The notes below the pieces were generated by a model that was not told the DNA's origin, searched no databases, and was given only the letters and a program-made list of their open reading frames with translations. DNA of 57,626 nt from Coriobacteriia bacterium (GTDB lineage Bacteria > Actinomycetota > Coriobacteriia > Anaerosomatales > SLCP01), in contig JACUUN010000005.1 of the NCBI GenBank assembly GCA_014859265.1, forward strand, positions 1 to 57,626, in the 5' to 3' direction. The translations under genes and the position numbers were made by a program. This document shows positions 27,785 through 38,080 of the stretch, piece after piece; position 1 is the stretch's first letter; each line of letters begins with the position of its first letter.

Positions 27785-28573
27785 CTACCATACCAGGGCG
27801 AACAGAACGAGGGCCGTGGTCTCGGTCAGCAGCACGCTTGCGCCGAGCACGTCTCCCGTGATGCCCCCGAAGCGTGACGCGAGGACATGCGGGGTGCCGA
27901 GCGCGGCAACCACGGACACAACCACACCCACAGGCACCCCGGATCCTGCAACCGATGCCGTGACGGCTATTCCCACCAGAACTGCTGTGGCGAAGCTGGC
28001 CGAGGCAGCCCTGGGCCAGCCGGCCACTGCCACCCCGAGCCCGGTCTGTCTGGCAGGCCTTCCGAGCCACGAACCGAACACCGCAGCGAAGCGGCCGAGG
28101 ATCGGGGCGATGACCAGTGCTGCGAGTGCGCTCTGCCCGATGAGCACCGAAACGGCGGTCACCTGAATGATTGCCACCAGGACGAGGGCGGATGCGCCGA
28201 AGACCCCGATGTGAGGGTCACTCATGATCTCGAGACGACGCGCTGGCTCGTAGGCTCCCCAGTACGCGTCGGCAACGTCCGCAAGCGCATCCCAGTGAAG
28301 CATGCGGGTGAGCAGCGCCCAGCCCGTGACCAACAGAGCAGCAAGGAGCAGCGTGTGCGACGCGCCCGCGATCCTGAAGGGAACGCCTAGGACCACCGGA
28401 CCGTACAGGAGCGCGAAACCGAACGCGCCGAGCAGCAGGCCGGCCGTTGGGAAGTAGCCCGCAACGTCGGGCCGCTCATCTTCGGGCCACGTGACTCGCA
28501 GTGGAAGCACGGTGAGTAGCGTGATCGCAAGCCCGAGATCCCTGAGGGGGCGCGATGTCGCCGGAGCCCTCAT
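27785..28573 (-). CDS. cobS: Adenosylcobinamide-GDP ribazoletransferase
   Basis: 'LHWDALADVADA', 'RRLEIMSDPHIGVFG', 'GGITGDVLGA'. Confidence 0.93.
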   Translation of the reverse strand: MRAPATSRPLRDLGLAITLLTVLPLRVTWPEDERPDVAGYFPTAGLLLGAFGFALLYGPVVLGVPFRIAGASHTLLLAALLVTGWALLTRMLHWDALADVADAYWGAYEPARRLEIMSDPHIGVFGASALVLVAIIQVTAVSVLIGQSALAALVIAPILGRFAAVFGSWLGRPARQTGLGVAVAGWPRAASASFATAVLVGIAVTASVAGSGVPVGVVVSVVAALGTPHVLASRFGGITGDVLGASVLLTETTALVLFALVW

Positions 28574-29640
28574 GTAGCATCCGAGCCGCTTACACCGGCC
28601 TCATCGAACGTGGCCATCCCAGAGAGCATCCGGCACGCAGCGTCTACGAGCGCCATCGCGAGAGCCGCCCCTGTCCCCTCCCCGAGCCTCAGGTCGAGGT
28701 CGAGGACCGGACGCATGCCGAGGTGCTCGAGCTGGATGCTATGACCCGGCTCCAGTGAGCGATGCGACGCAAGCAGGTAGTCGCGGCATGCCGGACAGAG
28801 AGCAACCGCCGCGAGAGCGGCGGCGCCGGAGATGAAGCCGTCGACCAGCACGCACGCCCTCAGAGCCGCACCGCCGATCATCACGCCTGCAAGTCCGGCA
28901 ATCTCGGCCCCCCCTACCGAAGCGAGTATCCCGAGCGCGTCTGTTCCGGGCGCCACGTTGCGCGCGAGGGCATCCCGCACGACCGTCGTTTTGTGCGCTA
29001 CCCCCGCTTCGTCGAGTCCGGTTCCTGGACCCACTACTCGCTCCGGAGACACGCCCGTGTATGCCGCTGTGAGAGCTGCCGCCGCAGTGGTGTTCCCGAT
29101 GCCCATCTCTCCTGTGCCGAGCAGTGTCACACCGTCGCTGACAGCTGCTGACGCTGCCTCTGCACCCGAAAGTACTGCCTCGACGGCCTGCACGGTGCTC
29201 AGCGCAGGGCCATGCCGCATGTTCTCCGTGCCCTCGGCGACCTTGATCTGGTATACCCCTCCGAGTCCGCTGGTGTCCCCCGCCACTCCAACGTCGTAGA
29301 GGCGCAGCTCGGCATCCACAGAGCGGGCAATCTGATTGATGGCGGCACCGCCGGTCGCGAAGTTGGCGACCATCTGCAACGTAACGGACTGGGGATACGA
29401 CGACACGCCCTCGACGGCAACACCATGGTCACCCGCCATGAGCAGGATGGCTTTTCGCTCGACAGACGGGTGCTCTGTCCCCTGGATGCGGGCGACGGCC
29501 GCCGCTATCTCTTCGAGCCTGCCGAGGCTGCGGCGCGGCTTTGTAAGCGAGTCCAACCGTACCCACGCGCGCTCTTCAGCAGACATATCGGCAGGCTGAA
29601 CTGTGTCGATCAGATGCATAAGTCGCTCGGTAGCGCTCAT
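28570..29640 (-). CDS. cobT: Nicotinate-nucleotide-dimethylbenzimidazole phosphoribosyltransferase
   Basis: 'LTKPRRSLGRLE', 'GDHGV', 'GEMGIGNTT', 'DGFI', 'LRLGEGTGA'. Confidence 0.96.
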   Translation of the reverse strand: MSATERLMHLIDTVQPADMSAEERAWVRLDSLTKPRRSLGRLEEIAAAVARIQGTEHPSVERKAILLMAGDHGVAVEGVSSYPQSVTLQMVANFATGGAAINQIARSVDAELRLYDVGVAGDTSGLGGVYQIKVAEGTENMRHGPALSTVQAVEAVLSGAEAASAAVSDGVTLLGTGEMGIGNTTAAAALTAAYTGVSPERVVGPGTGLDEAGVAHKTTVVRDALARNVAPGTDALGILASVGGAEIAGLAGVMIGGAALRACVLVDGFISGAAALAAVALCPACRDYLLASHRSLEPGHSIQLEHLGMRPVLDLDLRLGEGTGAALAMALVDAACRMLSGMATFDEAGVSGSDAT

Positions 29641-29654
29641 GTGCCGGTACCGTT

Positions 29655-30242
29655 TCAGTCCGAGGGCCAGGACACGTCCCGGGGCAGAGCCCCGAGATCG
29701 AGCACGCGACCGTTCACGGCGAGGTACGCCGCATCGGCGATGGTGACGAACACCGTATTCGCGCGTCCCAGAGCGTCCCGGAAGACCCGCCCGCTGGCGT
29801 ACGCGGGAACGACTCCCCAACCTGTCTCGTTCGTGACGACGATGGTGTCACCAGAACGGCGCGAGACCCATGCGACGAACTCCGCAAGAGCCCCGTCGAG
29901 CGCGGACTCGAGCTCAGTCTCATATGTATCGGTGTCAAGGTCGCCGGTGGCCTCCCCCATCATGAGCGCGGCGAGCGTTCCGAGGCACTCTACCACAAGC
30001 ACAGCCTCGTCCGGGACGGACTTTCTCCACGAGCGCGAGTCCCCGGCCTCAAGCGCGCGGAACTCAGTCGGACGCTCCGTCCTGTGGCGCTCGATACGAG
30101 CGGCGAACTCGGCGTCGCCTTGCGCAACACCGAACACCGCCACAACGACCTCTACACCCCTTCCGGCTCTTGCATGCGCAAGGCGCTGCGCAGCTGCCGA
30201 CTTCCCGCTGCGGGCTGCACCGGTAATGACGACAAGCGCCAT
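29655..30242 (-). CDS. cobU: Adenosylcobinamide kinase / guanylyltransferase
   Basis: 'TGAARSGKS', 'RIERHR', 'VTNETGWGVVP', 'FRDALGRAN'. Confidence 0.94.
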   Translation of the reverse strand: MALVVITGAARSGKSAAAQRLAHARAGRGVEVVVAVFGVAQGDAEFAARIERHRTERPTEFRALEAGDSRSWRKSVPDEAVLVVECLGTLAALMMGEATGDLDTDTYETELESALDGALAEFVAWVSRRSGDTIVVTNETGWGVVPAYASGRVFRDALGRANTVFVTIADAAYLAVNGRVLDLGALPRDVSWPSD

Positions 30243-31018
30243 CAGCGCCCTCCTTCCGTCGTGCGCTTGAGTGCTGAGACCTCTTCTGGGCCAAGGTGCC
30301 GGTGCTCGCCCGGGGCTAGGTCGCCGAGGACCAGCGGGCCGAACGACGTCCGGTGTAGCGAGATGACGGGATGACCGACCGCGGCGAACATGCGTCGGAC
30401 CTGTCGTTTGCGGCCTTCACGTATCGCGATCTCCATCTCCGCCGACGGACCTGCTTCGACCATCCGCACCCGGGCAGGCGCCGTCACGCCGTCTTCGAGC
30501 TCCACCCCCGATGAAAGCGCGGCGAGTGTCTCCCGGGCCGGTCTGCCTTCGACCGAAACGCGGTAGGTCTTCTCGACGTGGAAGCGCGGATGAAGAAGCT
30601 TATGTGCGAGGTCACCGTCGGTCGTGAAGAGAAGAAGGCCCGTCGTCTCCCGGTCCAGCCGGCCCACCGGGAAGAGCCCTGCCGGGTCGCGGGGAACCAG
30701 ATCGGCGACGGTGGGACGGCCCTGGGGATCGCTCATGGTCGTCACGTAGCCGGCCGGCTTGTTGAGCACGAGATACGTCGGCGCCGATGCGAGCGTGACG
30801 ACCCGGCCATCGACTTCCACGGTATCCGTGAGCGGGTCGACGCGTGCACCGAGCTCGGAGACGACGACACCGTTGACGCGGACCCGCCCGGCAGTCATGA
30901 GGTCCTCGCTGCCACGGCGCGAGGCAACACCCGCGCGTGCCAGGAACCGCTGGAGCCTCATCGGGACGATACGCTCGTGGACGCCTGGCGGCCCGTCTGT
31001 GGCTTCGTGGGTGTTCAC
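30242..31018 (-). CDS. rluB: rRNA pseudouridine synthase (RsuA/RluB family)
   Basis: S4 domain 'RLQRFLARAGVASRR'; 'VGRLDRETTGLLL', 'EGRKRQVRRM'; follows scpAB. Confidence 0.92.
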   Translation of the reverse strand: MNTHEATDGPPGVHERIVPMRLQRFLARAGVASRRGSEDLMTAGRVRVNGVVVSELGARVDPLTDTVEVDGRVVTLASAPTYLVLNKPAGYVTTMSDPQGRPTVADLVPRDPAGLFPVGRLDRETTGLLLFTTDGDLAHKLLHPRFHVEKTYRVSVEGRPARETLAALSSGVELEDGVTAPARVRMVEAGPSAEMEIAIREGRKRQVRRMFAAVGHPVISLHRTSFGPLVLGDLAPGEHRHLGPEEVSALKRTTEGGR

Positions 31019-31020
31019 GG

Positions 31021-31656
31021 CTAGTCGATCTCTGCGACGTCGTTCTCGTCGGGTCCGAGATCCTCTTCAGCACCGAATCCGATGCCCCCCGACGGACCGC
31101 CAAGCCGGTCCCGGATCGCCGCTTCGGTCCGCGGATCGGGAGCGAACTCCTCGAGCGGGGGCAGCTCCTCGAGGCTCTTGAGCCCAAACTTCTCGAGGAA
31201 CGCCTTCGTGGTCGTGTAGATAATCGCGTTACCGGCCTCACGGTCCCGGCCGGCCTCTCTGACGAGGCCCTTCTCGATGAGCGATGAAATCACGGCCTCA
31301 CTATTCACGCCCCTTACCGCGTTCACGCCTGCCCGGGTGACCGGCTGGTGATATGCGATCACAGCCAGAGCCTCGAGGGCGGCCTGGGACAGGCGACGTG
31401 TGTCCCAGGAAAGCACGAACTGCTCGATTGCGTCGTGATACGCCGGATGCGTGTACAGGCGCCACCCACCAGCCGCCTCCCGGAGCTGGAAGCCACGTTC
31501 GGCTTCTCGGTACTCCTCGGCTAGGCTGGTGAGGGTCTCGGTGACTGCTGAGACATTGGCGTCGAGTATCTTGGCTACGCGCGCCGCCGAGACCGGCTCG
31601 TCGGAGACGAACAACAGTGCCTCAATCGCGCCGCGGAGCATCACATCCCCCTGCAT
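31021..31656 (-). CDS. scpB: SMC-Scp complex subunit ScpB
   Basis: 'IEALLF', 'LSQAALEALAVIAYHQPVTR', 'RGVNS', 'FLEKFGL..L.ELP'. Confidence 0.95.
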   Translation of the reverse strand: MQGDVMLRGAIEALLFVSDEPVSAARVAKILDANVSAVTETLTSLAEEYREAERGFQLREAAGGWRLYTHPAYHDAIEQFVLSWDTRRLSQAALEALAVIAYHQPVTRAGVNAVRGVNSEAVISSLIEKGLVREAGRDREAGNAIIYTTTKAFLEKFGLKSLEELPPLEEFAPDPRTEAAIRDRLGGPSGGIGFGAEEDLGPDENDVAEID

Positions 31657-31657
31657 G

Positions 31658-32407
31658 TCACGAACCCTCCTGAACGTCGGTGGCGATAACCACGATGTCA
31701 TCGAACAGCTCGTCCTGTCGGAGTTCGACACGACCGCGCTTGTACAGCTCGAGTATGGCAAGGAACGTCACCACGAGGACCTCGGGCGACGGGTCCATGC
31801 CGAGAAGCTCGCTGAAGCACACCTTCCCCGAGCGGGCAAGAGCGCGCGACACGCTCTCGGTGTGCAGCTCGAGGCTGATAGGTGCGGCGGCAACGTGTTC
31901 CGCCTGCAGCAGGAAGACCTCGCGCCGGTGCACGAGATCAGCGCAGATGACCGCGAGCCCGCGAAGGGTCAGACCCTCCAGGTAGTCGGGCATCAGGCCG
32001 ACGAACGGGACCTCCAGACCGGCCTGGCGTGGATGCATGTGTGATACCGACTCCATGCGGGCAGCGAGCTCGGCTGCAACGTTCTTGAACTGCTTGTAGA
32101 CCAGGAGGCGGGCGAGCAGCAGCTCCCGTGCCTCCTCGGGTGAGAGGTCATCGATATCCTCACCGATGTACTGCTCTTCTGTGGGCAGCAGGCTCGCCGC
32201 TTTGATCTCGAGCAGGGTCGCCGCAACAAGGAGGAAGTCGCTCGCCACATCGAGATCCAGCTCGTGCATGCGCTCGACGTATTCGAGGTACTGGTCAGTG
32301 ACCTCGGTGATCGAGATCGCACTGACGTCGACCTTCTGACGCGCGACGAGATGGAGCAGCAAGTCGAACGGCCCCTCGAATGAATCGATCTTGACCCGGT
32401 ATCCCAC
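31658..32407 (-). CDS. scpA: Segregation and condensation protein A (kleisin)
   Basis: 'FEGPFDLLLHL', 'FLLVAATLLEIKA..LLP', 'TFLAILEL'. Confidence 0.95.
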   Translation of the reverse strand: MGYRVKIDSFEGPFDLLLHLVARQKVDVSAISITEVTDQYLEYVERMHELDLDVASDFLLVAATLLEIKAASLLPTEEQYIGEDIDDLSPEEARELLLARLLVYKQFKNVAAELAARMESVSHMHPRQAGLEVPFVGLMPDYLEGLTLRGLAVICADLVHRREVFLLQAEHVAAAPISLELHTESVSRALARSGKVCFSELLGMDPSPEVLVVTFLAILELYKRGRVELRQDELFDDIVVIATDVQEGS

Positions 32408-32419
32408 CGGGAACGCCCC

Positions 32420-33421
32420 CTACCGGTCCCCGTCGATGCGCACGAGGCGCCTGCACGTCTCAACGACCCCGGCGGTCACGGGCCGCGCCTTGGCAGCACC
32501 CGCCTCAAGGACCTCCCACGCGAACCCGGGCCGAGCAGCCAGCTTCTCGCGACGGGCCCGGAACTCGGAGAGGTAGGCCACCAGGTCCTCGGCCATCTTC
32601 TTCTTGTGGGCGACACAACCGCACTCGGCAGTGCGACAGCACCGGTCCCACTGCTCGATGTCGGACGCGTCGGGAGTCACGAGCTTGTGGATCTGGTGAA
32701 GCGGGCAGATGTCCGGGTCGCCGGAGTCGGTCTTGAGTTTGCGGGCGGGATCGGTGATCATACCCCGCACCTTGGCAGCGATCTCATCAGGGGTGTCCGA
32801 GATGAAGATGGCGTTTCCGTACGACTTGCTCATCTTGCGGCCATCGGTACCGGGCACCCGGGCACCCTGCTTCGCGATGAGCGCGGCCGGCTCGATCAGG
32901 TACTCGCCGTAGGTGTTGCTGAAGCGGCGCACGACCTCGCGCGTGAGCTCGAGGTGGGGCAGTTGGTCCTCGCCCACCGGCACCACGTCGGCGAGCACGA
33001 TCGTGATGTCGGCGGCCTGAAGGAGCGGGTACATGAAGAACCCGAGGTTGCCGAGGTCCTTATCGGTTACCTGCTCGCGCTGCTCCTTGTAGGAGGGCAC
33101 GCGCTCGAGCCACGACATCGGGGTCACCATCGAGAAGTAGAGAGTGAGCTCCGCAACCTCAGGAACGTCGGACTGACGGTAGATGGTGCAGCGCTCGGGA
33201 TCGAGTCCCGCAGCGCACCAGTCGAGCACCATCTCCTCGGTGAACTCGCGCACGCGGGTCGTGTCCGCCCAGTCACTGGTGAGCGCGTGCCAGTCCGCGA
33301 TGAAGTAGAAGGCGTCGTACTCGTCCTGCATGGCCAGCATGTTCTGGAGATTGCCGAACCAGTGCCCGAGGTGAAGCTTGCCGGTCGGTCGGTAGCCGGT
33401 AAGCGCGCGCTTACGTGTCAT
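32420..33421 (-). CDS. trpS: Tryptophan--tRNA ligase
   Basis: 'RPTGKLHLGH', 'YPLLQAADI', 'VPVGEDQ', 'KMSKS'. Confidence 0.97.
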   Translation of the reverse strand: MTRKRALTGYRPTGKLHLGHWFGNLQNMLAMQDEYDAFYFIADWHALTSDWADTTRVREFTEEMVLDWCAAGLDPERCTIYRQSDVPEVAELTLYFSMVTPMSWLERVPSYKEQREQVTDKDLGNLGFFMYPLLQAADITIVLADVVPVGEDQLPHLELTREVVRRFSNTYGEYLIEPAALIAKQGARVPGTDGRKMSKSYGNAIFISDTPDEIAAKVRGMITDPARKLKTDSGDPDICPLHQIHKLVTPDASDIEQWDRCCRTAECGCVAHKKKMAEDLVAYLSEFRARREKLAARPGFAWEVLEAGAAKARPVTAGVVETCRRLVRIDGDR

Positions 33422-33491
33422 ACGGCGAGGACTCCTCGAACGTGGAAACCAATGTGGCGGAAACGGTTCGTATGATACCGCACCCGCTCGC

Positions 33492-34121
33492 TCACAACCC
33501 TGTGAACAGCCCGAGCAACGGGTAAACGGTGAAACCGAAGTACCAACCGAGCGGGTTGATGCCGAGATAGGAGGGTAGCAGCCAGAGTGCGGCAATGATG
33601 ATGAGGAATCCATACCGCTCCACACCGTGGTACGCCTTGAGCGCCCGGTCGGATAGGAACAGCGGCAACACCCGCGAGCCGTCGAGAGGTGGCAGCGGAA
33701 TCAGGTTGAAGAACATCAAGACAAGGTTCATGAGAGCGAAGAAGAAAAGTGTCTGGCCGATCAAGCCCGCGCTACCCACGACCCTGAAGACCAATCCCGA
33801 GAACGCAGCGAGCACCAGGTTCGAAGCCGGTCCTGCGATGCCGGTGAGGAACATCCCGCGGCGGTAGTCTTTGAACCGGTACGGGTTGATGGGCACCGGC
33901 TTTGCATAGCCGAAGCCGAATCCCAGGATGGCGACCATCAACAGGGGGAGCAAGATGGTGCCCCACGGGTCGATGTGGCGCACCGGGTTCAGGCTCAGTC
34001 GACCCCGCTCCTTAGCGGTGTTGTCTCCCAGCAGATAGGCGGCCCAGCCGTGGGAAACTTCATGGATGACGATTGCCGGCACGAGAAGACCGAATCGCCA
34101 TGCGATCTCGACGAGATCCAC
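33492..34121 (-). CDS. Site-2 (M50) intramembrane metalloprotease
   Basis: 'HEVSHG', 'NPVRHID', 'AGPASN', 'FNLIPLPPLDG'. Confidence 0.93.
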   Translation of the reverse strand: MDLVEIAWRFGLLVPAIVIHEVSHGWAAYLLGDNTAKERGRLSLNPVRHIDPWGTILLPLLMVAILGFGFGYAKPVPINPYRFKDYRRGMFLTGIAGPASNLVLAAFSGLVFRVVGSAGLIGQTLFFFALMNLVLMFFNLIPLPPLDGSRVLPLFLSDRALKAYHGVERYGFLIIIAALWLLPSYLGINPLGWYFGFTVYPLLGLFTGL

Positions 34122-34133
34122 GTGTGCGTTCTC

Positions 34134-36773
34134 CTAGCGGCCCTGACGCGGACCATCTGCGGGCAATCCCGCGCGCGACACGAGGCGTCCCAGGTTCGCC
34201 ATCTCGGCGTCCCGCCCCACCGCCTTGCCGTCGAGACGGGCGTCGAGCGCTTGCGCGAGTATACCGGAGAAAGCCGGCGATGGCTCCAGCCCCATTGCGA
34301 TGAGGTCCTCTCCGCTCACAGCCGGCTTGATGCGGGAGAGCACGCTCACGAACCGCTGGATCCTCTCCCGTGCGAGCACATCTCCTGCGCCCCACAAGTA
34401 GATGATGGCCTCCTCAGGAACAGAATCCAGTAAGCGGTAGAGACGGGAGTCCCTCATCTTGCGCCGGTCCTTGAGGCGTCTACCGAGTAGTACGGATCGC
34501 TCGGCGAGGACGAGGGCGGGCTCACCGTACTCACGACCGAACCGCATCCGTCGCAGCCAGCGCTCCCCCGCCTGCTGACCGCTGCCCGCCACCAGCGCCG
34601 CAACCAGCGCGACCCTGCGGCGCGGCGTACGTTCGAATGCGTCCGCGAGTGTGCGGTACGCGCGCTCGGCACCGAAGAGCGCCTCGATGGAGTGGTGACT
34701 CACGGCACCCTCGGGAAGCAGTACGCCGAGTACGCCGAGGTCGTCGAGGCGCTCGAACACCGCCGAGGGCGAGTCTTCATCGATGATGTCTAGCATCTCC
34801 TCGCGTATGCGAGCGCTGCTGACCTCGTCGATGACACCCATCTCGACCGCCTGACGTGCGAGCTCCTCCGTCGCACCATCCATGCAGAACCCGAAGCGGC
34901 GTTCGAATCGCGCTGCGCGAAGTACGCGCGTGGGATCCTCGACGAACGACAGCGAGTGAAGGACCCTCAACGTTCCCCGCTCGAGGTCGCGCAGCCCACC
35001 GAAGGGATCGGCGATAGCCCCGAAGCACTCGGTGTTCACGCACGCCGCCATGGCGTTCAGGGTGAAGTCGCGGCGGAAAAGGTCCTGGCGCAGGGAGGAG
35101 CGCTCAACGGTCGGTAGCGCACCCGGACGCGTGTAGTACTCGGTCCGGGCGCTCGTGATGTCGAGGTGCAGTGTTCGGGAGAGAACCAGTACGGCCGTAC
35201 CGAACCTCCGGTGGACCTTCACCCGTGCGCCGAGTGCGGTTGCCGCAGCCTCCGCAAAGGCAACCCCGTCCCCCTCGATCACAACATCAATGTCGAGGTT
35301 GCGGCGGCCCAGAAGCATATCGCGAACGAACCCTCCCACCGCGTGCGCTCTCAACCCATGTTCCTCGGCCATGCGCCCGATCTCATGTAGCGCCTCGTAC
35401 GCCTCGGCGGGAAGGAGCGACGTGACCGAGGCGAGGAAGCGCTCGGTGGACCGCGCACGGGCACGCGGCAGACGCCGGTCGAGGTACTCGTCACCGTGCT
35501 CGGCACGGAGCAGGTCCTTACGCGTGACGATTCCAACAAGTTCGCCGTCGTGCACTACCGGCAGCCGTCCGATGCCCCTCGTCGCGAGCAGGTTCTCAAC
35601 AGTGTAGAGGTCGTCATCGGGGCCGACCGTCACCACCTCCCGGGTCATGAAGCCCTTGACGGGGGCGTGCGAGAGACAGTGACGCACGGCCTTGTCCACA
35701 TCCTTGCGGGTGATAAGCCCAACGACTCCGTCGCCTTCCATGACTGGCAGACCGCCGTGGCCCCACGTCGCCATCAGGGTCCCGGCCTCGGCCATGGTCG
35801 CATCCGGTTGGACGGTGTGGACCGGTGCCGAGAGGATATCTCGCGCCCTCAGAGGCGAGCGCACCACTTCGTCGAGTGCCTCGCGCACCCGTAGTAGCGC
35901 CGTGTCGGTGTCCATTTCACGGAAGGCGGCTGACGCAGCCTGGGCGTGTCCCCCGCCGCCGATGCGCTTCATCACCTTACCGACGTCTACCTCGTACAGC
36001 CGACTGCGGGCGACCACCTGCAGTCGTCCAGGCATGCCGACGATCGCGATTGCAACCCGGTACCCCATGTCTTCGACGATGTAGTGCGTCAGGACGCTTG
36101 CCGAGTCCACGTACTCCCCCGCACGGGCAACACCGACCGCTACCTGCTGGCCGTGCACGTCCCAGACCTCCAGCGAACCCAGGAGGTCTTCGAGCAGGCG
36201 CCGCTGCTCAGAGTCGAGCGCGCGCGTCAGGAACTGGTTCAGAACCTCCATGTCCGCCCCTGCGCCCATCAGGTAGGCAACCGCCTCCGCGTCATAGGCG
36301 GTCGTGCCCGGATACGTGAGAGAGCCCGTGTCCTCGTGAATACCGAGGAGAAGCAGGGACGCTTCGAGCGGGGTCAGCGCTATGCCCTGACGGTGAATCT
36401 CGTGCACCAGGATGGACGTCGTGGCGCCGACATCCAGCGAGCGGTCATCGACGCCTGAAAGGTCACCCTCGGCTGGAGGATGATGGTCGTACACCACCAC
36501 TTCCACATCGGGGCGCACAGCGATTTCGCCGAGCTCCCCGATACGGCCGGCGTCCCGAGTGTCGACCATGATCAGGCGCGTAATCGAATCCAGCTCGAGC
36601 CCCCTGAGGTCGACGAAGTCAAGAAAGTCCTCGTGCAGGTTGTGGAACGCCCGCACATTGGCATTCTGCGTCCCGAGGAACACACCGCGTGAGCCCGGGA
36701 AGAGCTTCGTTGCAGCTACGGTGGCCGCGTAGGCGTCAAAATCCGGGTTCGCATGTCCGACGACGAGTTCCAC
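34134..36773 (-). CDS. tRNA nucleotidyltransferase with N-terminal DHH/DHHA1 and CBS domains
   Basis: 'HANPDFD', 'YDHH', 'EDTG', 'GGGGHAQAASA'; CBS pair; 'GGFVRD...DID', 'RRDFTLNAMA', 'EDPTR'. Confidence 0.92.
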   Translation of the reverse strand: MELVVGHANPDFDAYAATVAATKLFPGSRGVFLGTQNANVRAFHNLHEDFLDFVDLRGLELDSITRLIMVDTRDAGRIGELGEIAVRPDVEVVVYDHHPPAEGDLSGVDDRSLDVGATTSILVHEIHRQGIALTPLEASLLLLGIHEDTGSLTYPGTTAYDAEAVAYLMGAGADMEVLNQFLTRALDSEQRRLLEDLLGSLEVWDVHGQQVAVGVARAGEYVDSASVLTHYIVEDMGYRVAIAIVGMPGRLQVVARSRLYEVDVGKVMKRIGGGGHAQAASAAFREMDTDTALLRVREALDEVVRSPLRARDILSAPVHTVQPDATMAEAGTLMATWGHGGLPVMEGDGVVGLITRKDVDKAVRHCLSHAPVKGFMTREVVTVGPDDDLYTVENLLATRGIGRLPVVHDGELVGIVTRKDLLRAEHGDEYLDRRLPRARARSTERFLASVTSLLPAEAYEALHEIGRMAEEHGLRAHAVGGFVRDMLLGRRNLDIDVVIEGDGVAFAEAAATALGARVKVHRRFGTAVLVLSRTLHLDITSARTEYYTRPGALPTVERSSLRQDLFRRDFTLNAMAACVNTECFGAIADPFGGLRDLERGTLRVLHSLSFVEDPTRVLRAARFERRFGFCMDGATEELARQAVEMGVIDEVSSARIREEMLDIIDEDSPSAVFERLDDLGVLGVLLPEGAVSHHSIEALFGAERAYRTLADAFERTPRRRVALVAALVAGSGQQAGERWLRRMRFGREYGEPALVLAERSVLLGRRLKDRRKMRDSRLYRLLDSVPEEAIIYLWGAGDVLARERIQRFVSVLSRIKPAVSGEDLIAMGLEPSPAFSGILAQALDARLDGKAVGRDAEMANLGRLVSRAGLPADGPRQGR

Positions 36774-36778
36774 AGCGG

Positions 36779-38080
36779 CTACACCTCGTGAAAGAGCGAT
36801 GGCGGGTCGACGCGTTCAGAAGCGATGGCAATCGAGGCTCTCAGACGTTCCTCGCCGAGGTCGAGTTGTTGCTCGGTAGCGGCGTAGAGGGTCGCGATAC
36901 GGTCCCCCGGAGTGACTTCGTGGCCGATGCGGACGTCGAGGACGAGCCCCGCGCCAGGGTCGATGAGGTCATCCTTCGTCGCACGCCCGGCACCGAGCAA
37001 CATGGCAGCCCTGCCAATCTCCTCGGCATCCGTTCCGACGACGAAACCCCTCTCACCGCTGACCGTGACCTCGCGAGAACGGCTCGCTAACGGAAGCAAC
37101 GAGGTGTCCGAGGCTACCGCCGGATCGCCGCCCTGTGCTTCGATCCAGCGCTTGAACACCCTGATTGCCGCTCCGGACGAGAGCGCCTGCTCCGCCTGCC
37201 AGCGGCCCTCGCCCTCGTTGGGCGCGACCCCTCCGAGCGTCAGCATCTTGGCCGCGAGATCGAGGCAGAGCTCGGTGAGCTCCACCGGACCCTCGCAGCG
37301 CAGTGTCTCGACGGCCTCGACTACTTCGAGCGCGTTGCCTACGGCCATGCCGAGGGGCTGGTTCATATCGCTCATGACACAGTGGACATCCTTGCCGAGT
37401 CTAGCCCCGACCCTCGTCAGTTCGCCGGCAAGGTGCCGGGCCTCGTCTTCGGTCTTCATGAATGCGCCCGATCCGACTTTGACGTCCAAAAGAATGGCAT
37501 CCGCCCCACCCGCTACCTTCTTGCTGATAATCGAACCGACGATAAGCGGGATGCTCGGTACGGTCGCCGTAACGTCGCGCAGGGCGTACATCATCTTGTC
37601 GGCGGGATCGATGTCCGGCGACTGTGCGATGACGGCGACCCCTACGCGCGCGACCTGCTCGAGAAACTCATCCGGAGAGAGCTCGACCCGCATCCCGGGT
37701 ATCGACTCGAGTTTGTCGAGAGTCCCACCAGTGTGTCCGAGGCCCCGTCCACTCATCTTCGCAATCGGCACCCCGCACGCTGCAACCAGCGGAGCAAGAA
37801 CGAGGGTCGTCGTGTCGGCCACACCGCCCGTCGAGTGCTTGTCGACCTTGATCCCCGGGATCGAAGAGAGATCGACCACCCTGCCCGAGCGCACCATCGC
37901 GTCGGTGAGGCACACGGTCTCCTCGCCTGAAAGTCCGTTTAGGTACGCGGCCATGAGCCACGCGGCCATCTGGTAATCCGGCATCTCACCTTCAGCGTAT
38001 CCGAGAACGATCCGGTCAATCTGCTCGGCAGTGTGCTCGTTCCCATCCCGTTTTGCCTCTATGAGCTCTTCGAACGTCAT
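36779..38080 (-). CDS. pdp: Pyrimidine-nucleoside (thymidine) phosphorylase
   Basis: 'DKHSTGGV', 'KMSGRGLGHTGGTLDKLESIPG', 'DVKVGSGAFMK'. Confidence 0.96.
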   Translation of the reverse strand: MTFEELIEAKRDGNEHTAEQIDRIVLGYAEGEMPDYQMAAWLMAAYLNGLSGEETVCLTDAMVRSGRVVDLSSIPGIKVDKHSTGGVADTTTLVLAPLVAACGVPIAKMSGRGLGHTGGTLDKLESIPGMRVELSPDEFLEQVARVGVAVIAQSPDIDPADKMMYALRDVTATVPSIPLIVGSIISKKVAGGADAILLDVKVGSGAFMKTEDEARHLAGELTRVGARLGKDVHCVMSDMNQPLGMAVGNALEVVEAVETLRCEGPVELTELCLDLAAKMLTLGGVAPNEGEGRWQAEQALSSGAAIRVFKRWIEAQGGDPAVASDTSLLPLASRSREVTVSGERGFVVGTDAEEIGRAAMLLGAGRATKDDLIDPGAGLVLDVRIGHEVTPGDRIATLYAATEQQLDLGEERLRASIAIASERVDPPSLFHEV

